From Holophagales bacterium UBA5066 (GTDB taxonomy: Bacteria > Acidobacteriota > Thermoanaerobaculia > UBA5066): a stretch of DNA of 64,000 nt. Position 1 is the stretch's first letter. Each line of letters begins with the position of its first letter. Positions 28,292 to 37,107 of the stretch are shown here, one piece after another. A model generated the notes under the pieces. The model was not told the origin of the DNA. It did not search any database and saw nothing but the letters and a program-made list of their open reading frames with translations. Where the stretch lies: positions 11,009 through 75,008 of the forward strand of contig DIAY01000107.1 of assembly GCA_002414905.1 (NCBI GenBank), given 5' to 3'. Position numbers and translations under genes: made by a program.

Positions 28292-28546
28292 CTACTTCCC
28301 GCGGATGCGAAAGGCCTGGAGGACCGTGAGCGCCTGGGAGATCCGCAGGAGCCTCCGGTTCTTCTTCTGGCCGGCGTCCGCGTCGTCCTGCGCGACGATC
28401 GTTCCGCGAGTCTCGCGCGCGGCCCGTTCGAGCTCGGCCTGGAGTGCGACGAGTTCCTGGGGAAGGAACTTCTTCAGCATCACGCTGTTGAGCGTCAGGT
28501 ATCCGTCGGCCAGGTCGGCGGCGGACTTCCACGCGGGAGCAGCCAT
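28292..28546 (-). CDS. Small hypothetical protein (84 aa)
   Basis: This is the C-terminal segment of the otherwise antisense 28292-29782 ORF. ATG 28546 begins a protein-like sequence ([44 protein letters not shown]...) with strong G/C third-position bias. It has its own promoter-like element. Confidence 0.5.
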   Translation of the reverse strand: MAAPAWKSAADLADGYLTLNSVMLKKFLPQELVALQAELERAARETRGTIVAQDDADAGQKKNRRLLRISQALTVLQAFRIRGK

Positions 28547-28555
28547 TACCGGGGC

Positions 28556-28585
28556 AGGATGCGCCCCGGCCGCCCGGCCCGTCAA
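28556..28585 (-). promoter_or_regulatory. Putative promoter of the 84-aa ORF (leaderless geometry)
   Basis: The minus strand reads TTGACG (28585-28580), 18 nt, CATCCT (28561-28556), 9 nt, ATG 28546. Confidence 0.35.
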
Positions 28586-28654
28586 CGCCCGCGTGCTAGA
28601 TTCCTCCCCGTCCGCGCGCGGTGCCCCACCGTAGTGCGTCGCAGGAGGCGATTC

Positions 28655-29842
28655 GTGGCATTTCAGGGCGTTGATTTCTTCCAGCTCGACGGGCTCCTCA
28701 CCGACGAGGAGAGGGCCGTCCGCGACCTCGTCCGCGACTTCGTCGACCGCGAGGTCCTGCCGATCATCGAAGAGTGCGCCTACGAGGGGCGATTCCCCCT
28801 CGAGCTCGTCCCGAAGATGGCCGCTTTGAACCTCTTCGGACCGACGATCTCCGAGTACGGGCTGCCGGGCATGTCGAACGTCGCCTACGGGCTCATCACG
28901 CAGGAGCTCGAGAGGGGCGATTCGGGGATCCGGTCGTTCGCGTCCGTCCAGTCGTCCCTCGTCATGTTCCCGATCTGGAAGTACGGATCGAAGGAGCAGA
29001 AGGACCGCTGGATCCCGCTGCTGGCCCGAGGCGAGGCCATCGGCTGCTTCGGCCTCACCGAGCCCGACTTCGGCTCGAACCCGGGAGGCATGCGCACCGT
29101 CGCGAAGAAGGACGGGAACCACTGGGTCCTCAACGGCTCCAAGGCCTGGATCACGAACGGCTCGATCGCGGACGTGGCCGTCGTCTGGGCCAAGGTCGGC
29201 GGATACGAGGGCAGGATCCACGGCTTCCTCGTCGAGAAGGGAACACCCGGGTTCACGACGTCCGAGCACAGGATGAAGATGTCGCTGAGAGCCGCCGTCA
29301 CCTCGCAGCTCGCCTTCGAGGACTGCCGGATCCCGCAGGAGAACGTCCTGCCGGGCGTCGACGGTCTCAAGGGACCCCTCTCCTGCCTGACGCAGGCCCG
29401 CTACGGCATCTCCTGGGGCGGCATCGGCTCCGCCATGGCGACCTACTCCTGCGCCCTCGAATACGCCAAGAGCCGCAAGCAGTTCATGGACCGTCCGATC
29501 GCCTCCCACCAGATGGTCCAGGAGAAGCTCGCCTTCATGATCACGGAGATCACGAAGGGGCAGCTTCTGGCCCTCCAGCTCGGCCGGCTGAAGGATGCCG
29601 GGACGATGAAGCCCGAGCACGTCTCCATGGCCAAGCGCAACAACGTCTGGGTCGCCCGGGAGTGCGCGAAGCTGGCGCGCGAGATCCTCGGCGCGAACGG
29701 GATCGTCGGCGAGTACCCCGTCTTCCGGCACCTCGCGAACATCGAATCGGTCTACACCTACGAGGGGACCCACGACATCCACACCCTCGTTCTGGGCCAG
29801 GCCGTGACCGGGATTCCCGCCTACAACCCGCCCGCCGAATAG
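28655..29842 (+). CDS. Acyl-CoA dehydrogenase (glutaryl-CoA dehydrogenase-like)
   Basis: 395 aa from GTG 28655, preceded by AGGAGG with 6-nt spacing. Motifs GCFGLTEPDFGSNPGGM, WITNGSIADVAVVWAK, YEGTHDIHTL. The upstream part of the 28178 ORF is non-coding-like. Confidence 0.85.
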   Translation: MAFQGVDFFQLDGLLTDEERAVRDLVRDFVDREVLPIIEECAYEGRFPLELVPKMAALNLFGPTISEYGLPGMSNVAYGLITQELERGDSGIRSFASVQSSLVMFPIWKYGSKEQKDRWIPLLARGEAIGCFGLTEPDFGSNPGGMRTVAKKDGNHWVLNGSKAWITNGSIADVAVVWAKVGGYEGRIHGFLVEKGTPGFTTSEHRMKMSLRAAVTSQLAFEDCRIPQENVLPGVDGLKGPLSCLTQARYGISWGGIGSAMATYSCALEYAKSRKQFMDRPIASHQMVQEKLAFMITEITKGQLLALQLGRLKDAGTMKPEHVSMAKRNNVWVARECAKLAREILGANGIVGEYPVFRHLANIESVYTYEGTHDIHTLVLGQAVTGIPAYNPPAE

Positions 29843-29916
29843 GGGGACGGATCCCCTTCCGGCCGCGCCCGGCGACGATCCGGTCCGGTAGACCCCCCGG
29901 ATCGCCGCTGTCCCTT

Positions 29917-29922
29917 TAGAAT
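29917..29922 (+). promoter_or_regulatory. Putative -10 box TAGAAT, 9 nt upstream of ATG 29932
   Basis: TAGAAT-GCCAACCGG-ATG, with no SD. Confidence 0.4.
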
Positions 29923-29931
29923 GCCAACCGG

Positions 29932-31392
29932 ATGGCCATAACCGGGAACCTCCGGACGATGCAGTTGTCGGAGCTGCTCCAATGGCTCTCCATGGGGCAG
30001 AAGACAGGTACGCTGGCCATTCGGGGCGGCTCGGGAGAGAAGCGGATCTACTTCCAGAACGGGCGGATCATCTCCTCCTCCTCGACGATCGAACGCGAGT
30101 ATCTGGGTCACTTCCTCGTCTCCTACGGCTACATCACAGAGGAGGAGCTGACCAAGGCGATGGAGGTCCAGGAGGAGTCGAAGATCCTCCTGGGAAAGAT
30201 CCTCGTCATGATCGGGGCGATCGCCGAAGAAGATCTCGTCGAGCTGATCCGCATCAAGGCCTGCGAGACGATCTTCGACATCTTCCTCTGGCCGGAGGGG
30301 GCGTTTCACTTCATCGACGGCGAGATCCCGCAGCGCCCGATGATCCCCATCGCCATCGACGTCACGGGGATCGTCATGGAGGGCCTGCGCCGGTTCGACG
30401 AGTGGCAGCGGCTCAAGGAGAGGATCGTCTCGATGAGAGACGTCCCGTCCGTGGTCGCGAAGGTCTCGGAGGATTCCCTCGCCGAGCCCCAGCGAATCAT
30501 CCTTCGCGCGATGGACGGCGTCCGAAACCTCGCGGAGATCGCCGAGGCGACGCACAATCCCGATTTTCCCGTCGCCAAGCTCGTCTTCGACCTGCTCGAA
30601 AGCGGGCACGTGTCGCTCGTGGCCGCCTCGAGCATCACTCCGCCACGTAGCGGTGAGCTCACGCCGGAAGACCCCTACGAGACCGTCTTCGAGGAGGCGG
30701 CGAACCCTCACTTCGAGGGGATACTCGATACCGCAGACGAGCTGAACATCCCACCGCCACCCGCGGACGGCCGCCCTCCGGCCCCGAAGGACTTCACGCG
30801 ATTCCTTCGCCGCGGCCCCGACAGCAGCGGACACGCTCTTCGCCCGCAGGGCCCGGTGACGACTTCGATGGCCGCGCCCGTCGCCGCTCCGCCCCCGGCG
30901 CCACCGCCCTCGACGAGCTTCCGGCCGGCCCCGCCCGTATCCGGGCCCGTCTCGCCACCGACGTCCGGCTCGTTCAGGACCACGGACCGGTCCGCGCCCT
31001 CGTTCCTCGAGGTGGGAGCTCCACCCTCATCCGTCCCCTGGCCCCCGGCCTCCGCCGTGTTCCGTGCGCCCCAGACCGCCGGAACGCCTCCCGTATCGGT
31101 CTCCCTCCGCCCGCAACAGGCGCAGACGCCCCCGCCTTCGCAGGGAGGCCTGCCCGCGCCTCCCACCACCTCCTTCTCGAGCGCGATCGCCTCGTCGTCC
31201 ATCCCATCCCTGACGCGGCCGATGGAAGAGCTCATGTCCTGGTCGTTCACGCCGAACGAAGCGTTCATCCTGTCCCGGATCAACGGCCTGTGGGACGTCC
31301 GCTCGATCGCGAAGATCAGCCCCTTCCCGGAGGGAGAGGTCCGCAGGGTCTTCGAGAAGCTGCACGACGGCGGGCTCATCCGCTGGCGCTGA
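29932..31392 (+). CDS. DUF4388 (PATAN-like) domain protein with Pro-rich linker and C-terminal winged-helix-like module
   Basis: 486 aa. The N-terminus GNLRTMQLSELLQWLSMGQKTGTLAI...IYFQNGRIISS is the DUF4388 signature. There is a ~170-aa Pro/Ala/Ser low-complexity stretch. The C-terminus reads FTPNEAFILSRINGLWDVRSI...LHDGGLIRW. Confidence 0.75.
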   Translation: MAITGNLRTMQLSELLQWLSMGQKTGTLAIRGGSGEKRIYFQNGRIISSSSTIEREYLGHFLVSYGYITEEELTKAMEVQEESKILLGKILVMIGAIAEEDLVELIRIKACETIFDIFLWPEGAFHFIDGEIPQRPMIPIAIDVTGIVMEGLRRFDEWQRLKERIVSMRDVPSVVAKVSEDSLAEPQRIILRAMDGVRNLAEIAEATHNPDFPVAKLVFDLLESGHVSLVAASSITPPRSGELTPEDPYETVFEEAANPHFEGILDTADELNIPPPPADGRPPAPKDFTRFLRRGPDSSGHALRPQGPVTTSMAAPVAAPPPAPPPSTSFRPAPPVSGPVSPPTSGSFRTTDRSAPSFLEVGAPPSSVPWPPASAVFRAPQTAGTPPVSVSLRPQQAQTPPPSQGGLPAPPTTSFSSAIASSSIPSLTRPMEELMSWSFTPNEAFILSRINGLWDVRSIAKISPFPEGEVRRVFEKLHDGGLIRWR

Positions 31393-31412
31393 CCGCAGGA
31401 TCGAAGCTCCTG

Positions 31413-32612
31413 GTGAACCTGCCCTCGCTCCCGAACCTCCTGGCTCCCGCTCTGGTGGCTCTGGGTGCGCTCGTTGCGTTCCGGGTCTGGCACCGCAGCG
31501 CGGAGCGGAAACGCCGTGAGCGGGAAGAGTGCGCCGCCGTGGAACGCGAGGCGCTCCTGCTCGAGGACGAGGTCCTGCGCACCCGGCTTCGCACGGCGAA
31601 CGAAGCTCTCCACCGGATCCTCCGCGCCTCCACGCAGCTCAAGGCGCACCTCCCGCTCGAGGCCGTTCTCACCAACATCGTCCGGGCCGCCTCGACGAGC
31701 CTGGGCTATCGCCTCGTCCTCCTTTCCCTGCAGGACCGGGCCGAAGGCGTCCTCGCTCCACGCGCGCACGTGGGGCTCTCGGAGCAGTGGCCCCAGCTCG
31801 AGCCGCTTCGAATCCCGTCCGAGAGCATGGCAGGCCCGCCCGCGGCCGAAAGTCACTCGTCCCCGTTCGCCGCGCTCCTCCCGCGATCGCCCCTCGAGCA
31901 GGTCGTGTCCGTCGCGCTCGTCGCCGGCGAGCAGCTCGTCGGAATCCTCGACCTGGCGGGCCCCGAGCGGGGCGAAGGCGTCGGCGAGGAGGACCGCGTC
32001 GTGCTGGAGCTCTTCGCCAGCCAGGCGGTCAACGCGATCCGGCTCGCCAGGGCCCACGAGACGACGCGCCTCGGCTCGCTCCGCGACGCGCTCACCGGAG
32101 TCGCGAATCACGGGCACTTCCAGGAGACTCTCTACCGCGAGGTGACGCGCCACGCCCGGAGCGGGGAGAAGCTCGTTCTCCTGATGGTCGACCTCGACGA
32201 CTTCAAGACGGTCAACGATCGGCACGGGCACCCCACCGGCGACGCCGTCCTGAAAGCCGTGGTGACCCGGATCCTGGCGTCGGTGAGGGAGATGGACACG
32301 GTGGCCCGATACGGTGGCGAGGAGTTCTCGGTCATCCTTCCGCAAACCGACGCCACCAACGGGCACGGAGTCGCGGAGAGGATCCGGGAGGCTGTCGCGG
32401 CGTCGCCCCTGCCGGCCGGGCTCTCCGGGCCGCTTCGCCTCACCGTTTCGATCGGGCTCGCCGTCTACCCCGACGATGCGGCGTCGAAGGGATCCCTCGT
32501 CGAGTGCGCCGACAAGGCCCTCTACGCCGCGAAGAGGACCGGCAAGAACCGCGTCGTGCGGTTCGCGAAGGTCCCGACGACCGCTGAGGCTCTGCTCACG
32601 GAACGGACCTGA
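31413..32612 (+). CDS. Membrane-anchored GAF-GGDEF diguanylate cyclase
   Basis: About 399 aa from GTG 31413. N-terminal TM (LLAPALVALGALVAF), a coiled coil, a GAF-like region, then GGDEF with an intact GGEEF active site and DxLT (RDALTGVANH). Confidence 0.8.
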   Translation: MNLPSLPNLLAPALVALGALVAFRVWHRSAERKRREREECAAVEREALLLEDEVLRTRLRTANEALHRILRASTQLKAHLPLEAVLTNIVRAASTSLGYRLVLLSLQDRAEGVLAPRAHVGLSEQWPQLEPLRIPSESMAGPPAAESHSSPFAALLPRSPLEQVVSVALVAGEQLVGILDLAGPERGEGVGEEDRVVLELFASQAVNAIRLARAHETTRLGSLRDALTGVANHGHFQETLYREVTRHARSGEKLVLLMVDLDDFKTVNDRHGHPTGDAVLKAVVTRILASVREMDTVARYGGEEFSVILPQTDATNGHGVAERIREAVAASPLPAGLSGPLRLTVSIGLAVYPDDAASKGSLVECADKALYAAKRTGKNRVVRFAKVPTTAEALLTERT

Positions 32613-33243
32613 GCGCGGACCGGCGCGTCACCGCCGGACAGCCGGCCACGGCATAACGCAGAAGCCAGGCCGCCGCTTCTCCCGCATAGTCGATCCCGAC
32701 GCGCGGACCCGACAGGACCTGCCGCGGTCCTTCGGGAAGGGGCGGGAGGAGCTCGAGCTCGGGACCAGCGAACGACGCGCCGGACAGCTCCCTGCCGACC
32801 GAGAGCGTCCGGCAGAGCCGCCCCGGCCCGGAGGCTGACAGAAGATCGCTCCGGGAGATCTCCCGTCCTTCCCACCACGCCACCGGCACGGCCGCGCGCA
32901 GGAGGACCGCCTCCGGCACGCCCTCGGCACCGGTGACGACGTTGAGGCAGTCGTGGATCCCGTAGACCCGATAGACGTAAGCGTGCCCCGGCGGGCCCCA
33001 CATCGGCTCGACGCGCCGCGTCCTGCGGCCTCCCCACGAGTGGGCTGCACGATCGGCGGTGCCGAGGTAGGCCTCGGTCTCGACGATCACCACCGTCCGC
33101 TCCGGCAAGCCCGGCAGGCGACGGACGAGCCGGCAACCCAGGAGAGCGCAGGCGACGTCCTCCGTCCGCCTCTCCCAGAAGGCCCTCGGCAGCCTTGCGG
33201 CTTGTCGGCCTGACACCACCCCGCTATTCTCGCGATCGATCAT
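32596..33243 (-). CDS. mpg: DNA-3-methyladenine glycosylase (Mpg/AAG family)
   Basis: About 215 aa from ATG 33243. VETEAYLG...DRAAHSWGGRRTRRVEPMWGPPGHAYVYRVYGIHDCLNVV is the AAG/Mpg signature. The 3' end overlaps the convergent GGDEF gene by 17 nt. Confidence 0.85.
   Translation of the reverse strand: MIDRENSGVVSGRQAARLPRAFWERRTEDVACALLGCRLVRRLPGLPERTVVIVETEAYLGTADRAAHSWGGRRTRRVEPMWGPPGHAYVYRVYGIHDCLNVVTGAEGVPEAVLLRAAVPVAWWEGREISRSDLLSASGPGRLCRTLSVGRELSGASFAGPELELLPPLPEGPRQVLSGPRVGIDYAGEAAAWLLRYAVAGCPAVTRRSALRSVP
33202..33230 (+). promoter_or_regulatory. Putative promoter of the epimerase gene
   Basis: TTGTCG (33202-33207), 17 nt, TATTCT (33225-33230), 11 nt, ATG 33242. It lies inside the 5' end of mpg. 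Confidence 0.3.
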
Positions 33244-34213
33244 GACACTCCACGTCCCGCAGCCCTCCGCCGGCTGCTCGGTCCTCGTCACCGGGGGAGC
33301 CGGGTTCATCGGCTCGCACGTCGCCGACGCACTGCTGGCACAGGGACACCGCGTCGTCATCCTCGACGACCTCTCGACCGGCGACCGGCGTCGCGTCCCT
33401 GCGGAAGCGCGCTTCGTGAAGGCGGACCTGCGGGAGCCGGGGCTCGACGCGCTGCTACTCGAAGAGAAGGTCGACACGGTCTTCCACCTCGCTGCCCAGG
33501 TCGATGTCAGGAAGTCCGTCGAGAATCCCGTCTTCGACGCGGAGGTGAACGTCCTCGGGACGATTCGCGTCGCGCAAGCAGCCGGCCTCGCGGGTGTGGT
33601 CCAGGTCGTCTTCTCCTCCAGCAGCGGCGCGATCTACGGGGATCCCGAGGACATCGTCGCCACCGAGGACCACCCCCTGAACCCCTGCTCCCCCTACGGC
33701 GTCGCCAAGCTCGCGGGGGAGAAGTACCTCACGGCGCTCGCCCCGGACGCGGGCTACCTCCTGACGATCCTTCGCTACGCCAACGTTTACGGTCCCCGGC
33801 AGGACGGGCGCGGCGAGGCCGGCGTCATCGGCGTCTGGATGAACCGTCTCCTCTCCGGACAGGACGCCGTCGTGAACGGCGACGGTCGTCAGACGCGCGA
33901 TTTCGTTCACGTCGCCGATGCCGTGGCGGCGAACCAGGCGGCATTCCTCCACCGCGTCGGCGGGACCTTCAACGTCGGGACGGGCGTCGAGACGAGTATC
34001 TCGGACCTCTACGGTCTCGTCGCCGGCGCCTGTGGCGTCGTTGCCCCGCCGCGCTTCGGCCCCCCGAAGCCCTGCGAACAACGCCGGAGCGTCCTCGACC
34101 CGTCGCGGGCGCGTGCGGCGCTCGGCCTGCGTGAGCTCGTCCCTCTCGCCGAAGGGATGCGTGCCACGTCGAAGTGGTTCCGGCTCCACCGCGCCGAGCA
34201 GGGCCTGGGCTGA
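33242..34213 (+). CDS. NAD-dependent epimerase/dehydratase (GalE-like extended SDR)
   Basis: 323 aa. Rossmann motif VTGGAGFIGSH and catalytic YxxxK (SPYGVAKLAGEKY). Confidence 0.85.
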   Translation: MTLHVPQPSAGCSVLVTGGAGFIGSHVADALLAQGHRVVILDDLSTGDRRRVPAEARFVKADLREPGLDALLLEEKVDTVFHLAAQVDVRKSVENPVFDAEVNVLGTIRVAQAAGLAGVVQVVFSSSSGAIYGDPEDIVATEDHPLNPCSPYGVAKLAGEKYLTALAPDAGYLLTILRYANVYGPRQDGRGEAGVIGVWMNRLLSGQDAVVNGDGRQTRDFVHVADAVAANQAAFLHRVGGTFNVGTGVETSISDLYGLVAGACGVVAPPRFGPPKPCEQRRSVLDPSRARAALGLRELVPLAEGMRATSKWFRLHRAEQGLG

Positions 34214-34222
34214 GGCTGCTCG

Positions 34223-35482
34223 TCAGGAAGAGCCAGGGAGCGAGAGCATCGGCCTGGGGACACGGGGCAGGGAGGCATCTCGCGGCCGCCCGGTCCGCCG
34301 GATCACGACGACCGTCCGGTCGTCCTCGGCCGGCCGGCCCGCGCTGAAGTCGCTCACCGCCGACATGACCTTCTCCACCGTCTCCTTCGCGGACCTCTTC
34401 CTGTAGTCGAGGAGGATGCGCCGGACGCGGTCGAGGCCGAATTCGCGGCCTTTCTTGTCGTGCGCCTCGACGATGCCGTCGGTGTACATGAAGAAGACGT
34501 CGCCCGGCTCCATCTTCACCGCCCGCCGCGTGTACGGGGCGTTCGGGGACGGGCCGAGGACCATGCCTGTCGACTCCATCTCCGTGAAGCTCTTTGTCCT
34601 CGCGTGCAGGTGGAGAGGTCCCGGGTGGCCCGCGTTGGTGTAGATGATCTCGCCGTTCGCCTCGAACTCGCCGTAGAAAAGCGACACGAACTTCGTGGAG
34701 AGGCGGCTCTTGTTCAGGATGCGGTTCAGCCGCTCGGCCACGCGGGCGATCTTCAGGTCGCCGCCGATTCCCATCCTCAGGCCCACATAGACGTCGCGCA
34801 CGAGGAGCGCCGCGAGGAGCCCGTGCCCCGAAGCATCCGCGATGGCCGCCCCGAAGCCGTCGGGATTGAGCATTATGAAGTCGTAGAAGTCCCCTCCGAC
34901 GGCGTCGGCGGGGATCGTCATCGCGTGGACCTCGTAGTCGCCGACCTCGGGAAAAGTGCGCGGGAGGATCGACTGCTGGATGCGGCGGGCTTCCTCGAGC
35001 AGGCTTTCGAGCTGATCACTCTTCATCTTCGAATCGAGGACCGTACGGATGATCCCGAGCGACACGAGGAGGTCGTCGGCCGCAACGCGCGGGTGGACGT
35101 CGAAGGAGAGGATATAGGCGCCGTCGCCGAACGAAACCGCTGCGAACCGCGAGACCCCGAGGCGGGCCTCGAGCTCACGATCGACCGAAGGGTCCTTCAG
35201 GTCGGCAAGGACGACCCCTTCTTCGAGTGCCCGGCGTATCGGGCCGTACGACCTGGGAACGGAGAGGCCCTCGGGAACTTTCCGGGAACGGCCGAACCCG
35301 CGCTTCAGCACGTAGTCGTCGTCTTCCAGCTGGTAGAGGCGGCCGCCGATGATCCCGAGCTCGGAGCGGAAGTTCCCGACGACGGCTTCGCCGACGGCGG
35401 CGACCGTGGAGACGACGTCGTCGCCCCCCTCGATGGCGGACAGGGTCTTCTCGACGTTTTTGAGGAGAGATCGATAGTCCAT
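34223..35482 (-). CDS. GAF-domain PP2C/SpoIIE-family protein phosphatase
   Basis: 419 aa from the internal ATG at 35482. N-terminal GAF-like sensor, then PPM/SpoIIE motifs (VGGDFYDF, IADASGHGLLAALL, YTDGIVEA, DDRTVVVIR). Confidence 0.8.
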   Translation of the reverse strand: MDYRSLLKNVEKTLSAIEGGDDVVSTVAAVGEAVVGNFRSELGIIGGRLYQLEDDDYVLKRGFGRSRKVPEGLSVPRSYGPIRRALEEGVVLADLKDPSVDRELEARLGVSRFAAVSFGDGAYILSFDVHPRVAADDLLVSLGIIRTVLDSKMKSDQLESLLEEARRIQQSILPRTFPEVGDYEVHAMTIPADAVGGDFYDFIMLNPDGFGAAIADASGHGLLAALLVRDVYVGLRMGIGGDLKIARVAERLNRILNKSRLSTKFVSLFYGEFEANGEIIYTNAGHPGPLHLHARTKSFTEMESTGMVLGPSPNAPYTRRAVKMEPGDVFFMYTDGIVEAHDKKGREFGLDRVRRILLDYRKRSAKETVEKVMSAVSDFSAGRPAEDDRTVVVIRRTGRPRDASLPRVPRPMLSLPGSS

Positions 35483-35495
35483 AGGCGAGCAAATG

Positions 35496-35501
35496 ACTAT
35501 A
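35496..35501 (-). promoter_or_regulatory. Putative -10 box TATAGT, 13 nt upstream of ATG 35482
   Basis: The minus strand reads TATAGT-CATTTGCTCGCCT-ATG. The implied 5' UTR is very short, with no SD. Confidence 0.35.
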
Positions 35502-35535
35502 CGCTTCGAGCGGATCGAGGCGCTTGCTCGAGGGC

Positions 35536-37068
35536 TCAGCCCCAGCGGGCCAGCTCGGTGAGGATCCGATCCTGCCAGGCGTGGCCTCGCCCCTCCGAGC
35601 ACCCGCCGTTGACCAGAATGACGAATGCGTAACGCTGGCCGCTCCGGGCTTCCACATACCCGGCGAGCGTCACGACGCCTGCGATCGCCCCGGTCTTGGC
35701 GAAGACCTTCCCTCGCGTGTCCGGGCCGAGCATGCGGTGCCGGAGCGAACCCGCCATGTCACCCGTCACGGCGAGAGTCGGCTCGAACGTCTGGAAATGC
35801 CGCCAGCGCGTCGCGAGCGCCTGAAGAAAATCGAGGTAGGCCGAGGCGCTCGAGCGATTCTCGCGCGAGCGGCCCGAGCCATCGGCAAGCCGGTAGCGGG
35901 ACGGGTCGAGACCCAGGGACCCGAGGAATTCGCGGATCTCGCTCCGGCCGGCTTCCCAGGTGCCGGACCCGCGCCTCTCCGCACCGAGCGTCTTCAGGAT
36001 CTGCTCGGCGTAGAAGGATTGCGACCTCTTGTTGCAGACGGCCAGAATGGGGAGGAGCGCGGTCTCGTGCACGTGGAGCACCGGGAGAGGCGTCCGTACG
36101 GAGGGCTCCTTGGTCCGGACTTCGGGAGGCCCACCCACCTCGATCCCCTCCTGCTGGAGGACCTTCGTGAAGGCCGAGGCCAGGTAGAGGGGCGGGTCCA
36201 CCACGGTGATGTCTCCCGACCAGGTCTTCCGTGAGCCGACGGCTCCCGATGCGACGACACGCGGGCTGCCCGCACGTCGCGATACGCCGACATTCGTGCC
36301 CCGTCCCCGGTGGGTCGTGACCTGCCCGACGACCGACATCAGGAATGGCTGGGCCGGGTAGAAGCCGAGACTGGCCCTCCCGCCCGGACGAAGCGCCCCC
36401 GTCACCCTCACCAGAACAACGTTGTCGTTGTAGGACAGGGCCGACACCGGCGCTTGCCACCAGTGCTGCTCCTGAGCGACCGGCCAGTCGGGGTGCGTTC
36501 TCTCGTCGTCGAAAAAGGAATTGTCCAGGAGGAGGCCATCCCGGATCGACCGGATGCCTCGCGCCGCGAGGGCCGCGGACCAGGGACGAAAAACAGCCCA
36601 GGGATCGTTGTCGTAGAGGCGTCCGGAGATTGCGGGATCGCCCCCGCCACGGATCACGAGACGACCCGCCAGGGTCCCGTCCGGAAGGAGGTCTCCGTCC
36701 TGGAGCAGGGACGTGCGGAACCGATAGCCGGGTCCGAGCCGGTCGAGAGCGGCCGCGCTGGTGAAGAGTTTCGTCGTCGAGGCGAGAATCAGCTCCGCGT
36801 CCGCGTTGGAGGAGAACAGCAGGGGCTGTCCGACGGGTGCGATCGCGACGGCGATCTGGGACCGGTCGCGAACCGGCCCACGGCGGACGATGGCGGCGAG
36901 CCGTTCGGCCAGGGTCATCTCCCGCGCCGGTCGGGAGACCGTCGGTCTCCGTGGCGCGGCAGGTCCCTTCTTCGAAGCCGCCACGGCCGGGGTGCAAACG
37001 ACGGCCAGCGCCACGACCGTGGCCGCGACGACCCAGACTCGATACCGCTTCCGCCGTTCCGTATTCAC
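35536..37068 (-). CDS. dacB: D-alanyl-D-alanine carboxypeptidase/endopeptidase (PBP4, peptidase S13)
   Basis: 510 aa from GTG 37068 (VNTERRKRYRVWVVAATVVALAVV signal/anchor). Active-site SxxK (ASTTKLF), and conserved DGSG and KTG (FAKTGAIAG) motifs. The remaining 340 codons of the 35536-38088 ORF are antisense to the helicase gene. Confidence 0.85.
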   Translation of the reverse strand: MNTERRKRYRVWVVAATVVALAVVCTPAVAASKKGPAAPRRPTVSRPAREMTLAERLAAIVRRGPVRDRSQIAVAIAPVGQPLLFSSNADAELILASTTKLFTSAAALDRLGPGYRFRTSLLQDGDLLPDGTLAGRLVIRGGGDPAISGRLYDNDPWAVFRPWSAALAARGIRSIRDGLLLDNSFFDDERTHPDWPVAQEQHWWQAPVSALSYNDNVVLVRVTGALRPGGRASLGFYPAQPFLMSVVGQVTTHRGRGTNVGVSRRAGSPRVVASGAVGSRKTWSGDITVVDPPLYLASAFTKVLQQEGIEVGGPPEVRTKEPSVRTPLPVLHVHETALLPILAVCNKRSQSFYAEQILKTLGAERRGSGTWEAGRSEIREFLGSLGLDPSRYRLADGSGRSRENRSSASAYLDFLQALATRWRHFQTFEPTLAVTGDMAGSLRHRMLGPDTRGKVFAKTGAIAGVVTLAGYVEARSGQRYAFVILVNGGCSEGRGHAWQDRILTELARWG

Positions 37069-37076
37069 CGGGCACG

Positions 37077-37082
37077 ATTGTA
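37077..37082 (-). promoter_or_regulatory. Putative -10 box TACAAT, 8 nt upstream of dacB GTG 37068
   Basis: The minus strand reads TACAAT-CGTGCCCG-GTG. Confidence 0.4.
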
Positions 37083-37096
37083 GGTGACGCCGTCCG

Positions 37097-37102
37097 TAGA
37101 AT
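37097..37102 (+). promoter_or_regulatory. Putative -10 box TAGAAT, 5 nt upstream of helicase GTG 37108
   Basis: TAGAAT-GCAGC-GTG. It lies inside the longest-ORF model (start 37084), so it favours the 37108 start. Confidence 0.35.
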
Positions 37103-37107
37103 GCAGC

